From: Antedon mediterranea
Taxonomy: Eukaryota; Animalia; Echinodermata
NCBI RefSeq assembly: GCF_964355755.1
Contig: NC_092672.1
Location: 26,170,437-26,234,436 of the forward strand
Length of the DNA stretch: 64,000 nt
Direction of reading: 5' to 3'
Of this stretch, positions 51,665 through 64,000 are shown piece after piece. The notes under the pieces are model-generated. The model made no database searches. It saw nothing but the letters and a program-made list of their open reading frames with translations, and was not told where the DNA came from. How positions within the stretch are numbered: position 1 is the stretch's first letter; each line of letters opens with the position of its first letter. Made by a program: the position numbers and the translations under genes.

Positions 51665-54242
51665 CTTGAAATTTATTCAATACTTTTAATGCATTTTTAA
51701 ATGAATTTATTAACTTTTATAGATCAAAAATGTTGTGTTGTGTTGACCTTTGAAAACATTGGAATACCATAATCTATTGAGTGCTGCATCAAATAACATG
51801 ATCAATCAGAGATACATACATCCGGCAAGGGTTGACCTCCACAATTAAAAATGATTAAACCCCTTTTTTAAACTTCTATTGTTTAAAATACCCAATTAAA
51901 ATGTGGGCCACACTCTAATGTATTATTATGTTTATCGTTTTAAAAAAATGTATTAGTTTTCATTTGGTGACCACAAACAAAATCACAATTTAGCAATCAT
52001 TTTACATCCTAAAAGTAGTCCGGATATTGCCTCCCAAATGTATTTCTTCATTATTTATTTATATTTTCTTCCATTGACCACTTATATACAGTATCTGTGG
52101 TTTATTGAAATTTGATAAAGATCCGTCTTTTAGTTTTGACAAATCGCATTCGCAGACACAATTTTAACCTCCTTGGTTGATGTAAATATATCATACTTGA
52201 CAGAGGTAATAAGATTTGGTTACACGCACATATCCACCAAAGTGAAACTAATCCGTAAATTTTAAAAACTACCTGGGAATCTTAAGACACAAACACATGT
52301 AACTGTATTTTGTTTACCAACAATTTAAGGTGCACAGATTGGCTAGTTACACATGTTATGTGGCCATCTAAGACACTAAATATTGCCATCAGAAAGCAGA
52401 TATTTCTTTTTATTATACAGCATATTTTTGGGGTTGAGTTAGGTAATAGACATTACTGTCAAAGCATGAAATACTCAGACACTTGAGACGTTATTAAAAA
52501 TGTAAATTTAATTCTTTAATTCGAAAATTGATACTTAATTGCCTAAATCCAATTCAAACAAGATCCGCTGTCGAATAACCACCGCACAAATTACGGTTGT
52601 GGTAGTTGTCCCCTACAATAATGTACTACAGCATTCTAGCATACAGTATTAAAAACAATTATTAATTATAAATTTAATAATAAAATTATTAATCGTTTAT
52701 TTAAAGTAATTTTAAAATGTTATATTCATTCCAATGCTCTATTTGTAAATTGCTCATAGTTCCAATCGCCTTTAATTGTTTCTATTGAATTTTATTGACA
52801 ATTTTACCTCTTATGCTGCAAAAAAGTTATGAGAATTATAGAATTCTGAATATTATTATGCATTAGTTATATTTTTTTTTATTTTATTATATTTATTATA
52901 TTATTTTAAAATGTGTCAAGGTTGAGATCTGGGCACTGTTAACCCACAACATTGTTTTTGTTTTTGTTGTAGTTGGCAAACAAATTACTCTAAAGATTTA
53001 TGAAAAATGAAGGTTAATAAAATCAGACTTTGAATATGCCATTTTGTAGTTTTAATAATGTTAATAACTTCCGTAAAAATTGAAAAATAATGTTTTCGCT
53101 TATAAAGAGACAAAATAAACGGTTAAATTCAATCAAAAACTCATTGACTTCCAGTCAATTTGACTGTTTTTTGTTTGAATTTACAGGTTTTAAGAGAAAT
53201 GTTTTTGTTTTCGATCTAATTTTTGGTCAAAGTGAATAACTATTATGTGACATTAAAATGGCATACTCAACAACAACAAATGTTTAGGGGAAAATATATC
53301 TTTAGAAAAAAAACCACAACAACAATAGAAACGAAACGATAAGTAAACAGTAATTCAATAGTATCGTGTTTATTAATAGTAACATATTTGTAAAAAATAC
53401 ATTATAATATTTATAGTTAAATTTTATGATACTTGATTTAATTGCAATAAAGTTTTCCACAATCAACACCATTTTAGTACTGTTTTTTGAATGAGTAATT
53501 AACCTGGAAGAATATATCGGGAAGAACGTTTCAGTTAGAATTTACACAGTGTGTAAGTCAGGTAGTTGTAATGCTAATTATTACACTCTTAATTTAAGTT
53601 TGCTAGTTTTAACACACCTACATTGTTCTTGTCATTTGATTGGACGATTGTAGGTCAAATACTTCACTCTTCCCTGGTACTACCTAAAGCTTGGTTCCCA
53701 AGAAGACGCAACGCATGTGATTTGACCAATCACAAGCGATGGATTTTTAAAACTGTCGCTTATCATTGGTCAACTCGCTCCTGGAATCAAAGCTTTACGA
53801 AAAGGTAATTTATAATTGCGATAAATAGTTGTTCTTCTTTGCTTTCGGAGGGTTTCATTGTGTAGGTAGAGAGATTTTTAAGTAAAACAAAACACTGTTT
53901 ACTTTATTTATTTTTTTTATGTATTATTAGACATTTTTGATAAAGCAAGAGAAACCATATTATTCATAATTACCTTAATTAGTTATTGTTCATTAAGAAG
54001 CATTGATGACGGAAAGAAAGTTGAATAGCGACGTGATTACATACAGCTTCAAAACAATAGGTTTGTCCTGATTTGATATCTTGAGTATACTCATGAAGTC
54101 TCCAATGTATATCCATGGACATATAAATTAGAATGTATTATTATTCTAATTTATAGGTCCATGGTGTATCTACTGTAAATAAAATGCATTGTTTTGCGCC
54201 GTTGACGCCATTGTGATGTTAGCTCCATCACAGCAAGGTTGA

Positions 54243-62381
<8,139 letters not shown>

Positions 62382-64000
62382 TTGACATGTCTTTAAGGCA
62401 CGCCCTTGCTGACTCAGAGTAATAATTAGTTCCTACCCACCAAAGTTAACGGGTGAACTGAACGAAACGGGCTCTTATAATTTTTAATGTCAGTAATGTG
62501 CTCCCTTTGAAATAACTATCGTTCCTATTGCTACGAAGGAGTAATGTGACAGAGAACCAAATAAAATACTTTTCTAAGCTCTGACGTTAAAATGGTAGTA
62601 CTAGGTAAAACAGTACCGTAATCCAAAACAAATAGTTTTGTATTGTTCTGTTTTGTAGCAAATTCAGTTTAACAATATTGATTCCTATTTTTATTGTCTA
62701 CTCTTTCGTCGCATCTTTCCTTATACGGCTGCTGTACCCTTTGTTCCTCCCGTGTTTTTGTCTTTTATTCTACTCTTTACTAGATATCGGCAAAACTCAC
62801 GAATGTTTAGCAAAGTTATCGTTGTTGATCACCATTTTCCTCTGTACAGTCTGATCCCTTTCTGTTCTCAAAAAATAGTGTCTGACTGACTACTTTGACA
62901 TCGTCTAGCTACGCGATATGAAAGTAAAAATGATCCAATTTTTTGAGAATCATTGCGACAAGCAATAAGAATCATTTATATAAACAAAGACCTGGGAAAA
63001 ATGATATTAATAACATGTTGGACAAGACCAACATTAAATTACTTTTATTATAAGTTTTTTTGTAAAAGAAAATTAACATCAGTATAACTAATAATAATGC
63101 GTAAATGTTAGTTATTGTTGAGATTGTTTGTACAGATAAACTATATTTTACAGCCATTGCATAAGTGCTAATCTAACCATTAGATATACATTCAAGTTTA
63201 TCTAAATGCAGCAATCTTTAAAAACTGTAAATAATTCATTCAAATTAATAGTGTTGTAGACTCGAGAGATGTGTACGCACTGTTGAATGCAGCGTGTCAT
63301 TGTTCAATCTAATTAGTGGCTTTGGTCTAACATTGTATAATATACTAGACATATTCATACTGTATTACAGATGTTGATACTGCCTAGGACTTATATGTAT
63401 TGCAAATACTTAGCTACTACTACTACTCGTATTCAGACAATAATGTATGCTATGTAGATACACCCCACTCATGGTACCTTTCTTGGTAGGGTCTACAACT
63501 CATGTGTCCATTGTCTATTGTGCGTCATACCAAATTATTTCTCTCTCCAACACCAACTCGGAAGAATTTGCTATTATCTGCAACAATGTAAATGTATGTT
63601 TTGTATAACTTATTATCGTACGTCTTTTTGATTGTAAACTATTGCTTGTAACTGCAGATATTATTGCTCTTGAGGTATAATTGGTTGAAGAATTCCTTTC
63701 TAGGTTGGTAGCAAACTACGCTAATATTATTATACCTATAATATCTTATACCACCTACCCCCATTCTTTGCGTATCCTGATTGATATGGTTCTTTTTGTA
63801 CAGTTCTCATTAAGAGATAATTATCATGAGGATGTTGATATTAAAAGTAAGTTGTGAGTCTACACAGCAGCCAGGTACACAGCCCAATTTGCTTCTATCC
63901 ACAGTCCGCAATAATGCAGTCTTCTCTTGTTGAATATCGTAAGGTAATAAGCAAATAATATCGTCTGAGTTAAAATTATTGTTTATTAAACGTTTACAAT

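Overview
AT-rich, intron-rich animal genomic DNA. It looks like a marine invertebrate; the pervasive TAGGCCTA motif and the gene content would fit an echinoderm, but that is inference. Five spliced host genes were reconstructed by hand: (1) a sialidase-fold (GH33/NEU-like) gene with open exons but most catalytic residues replaced (+, 2109-4633, 5' end unresolved); (2) a 3-Ig-domain type I membrane receptor with a tyrosine-motif/ITIM-like tail (-, ~7993-24956); (3) a small protein carrying a YAP/FAM181/PERCC1-type TEAD-binding omega-loop motif (-, 32679-40557); (4) ACOT7 (+, 41306-51664), head-to-head with gene 3; (5) a NIT-domain membrane guanylyl cyclase with a degenerate metal-binding site (+, 54243-62381). 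Introns are packed with mobile DNA. One Ig-gene intron holds a young Mag-like Gypsy element that contains both an intact second Gypsy and an antisense, open L1/Tx1 RT fragment. There is also a 4.2-kb Academ foldback, a second Academ-like inverted repeat, a Helitron, DINE-1/Helentron-like elements, tRNA- and 5S-derived SINEs, L2/CR1 remnants and several MITEs. The most unusual signal is a recurrent TA->TA-GGCC-TA micro-insertion: about 27 TAGGCCTA counted by eye, including 6-bp in-frame inserts in the young Gypsy gag and in an L2 ORF. This suggests a recent, genome-wide transposon-footprint mutational process.
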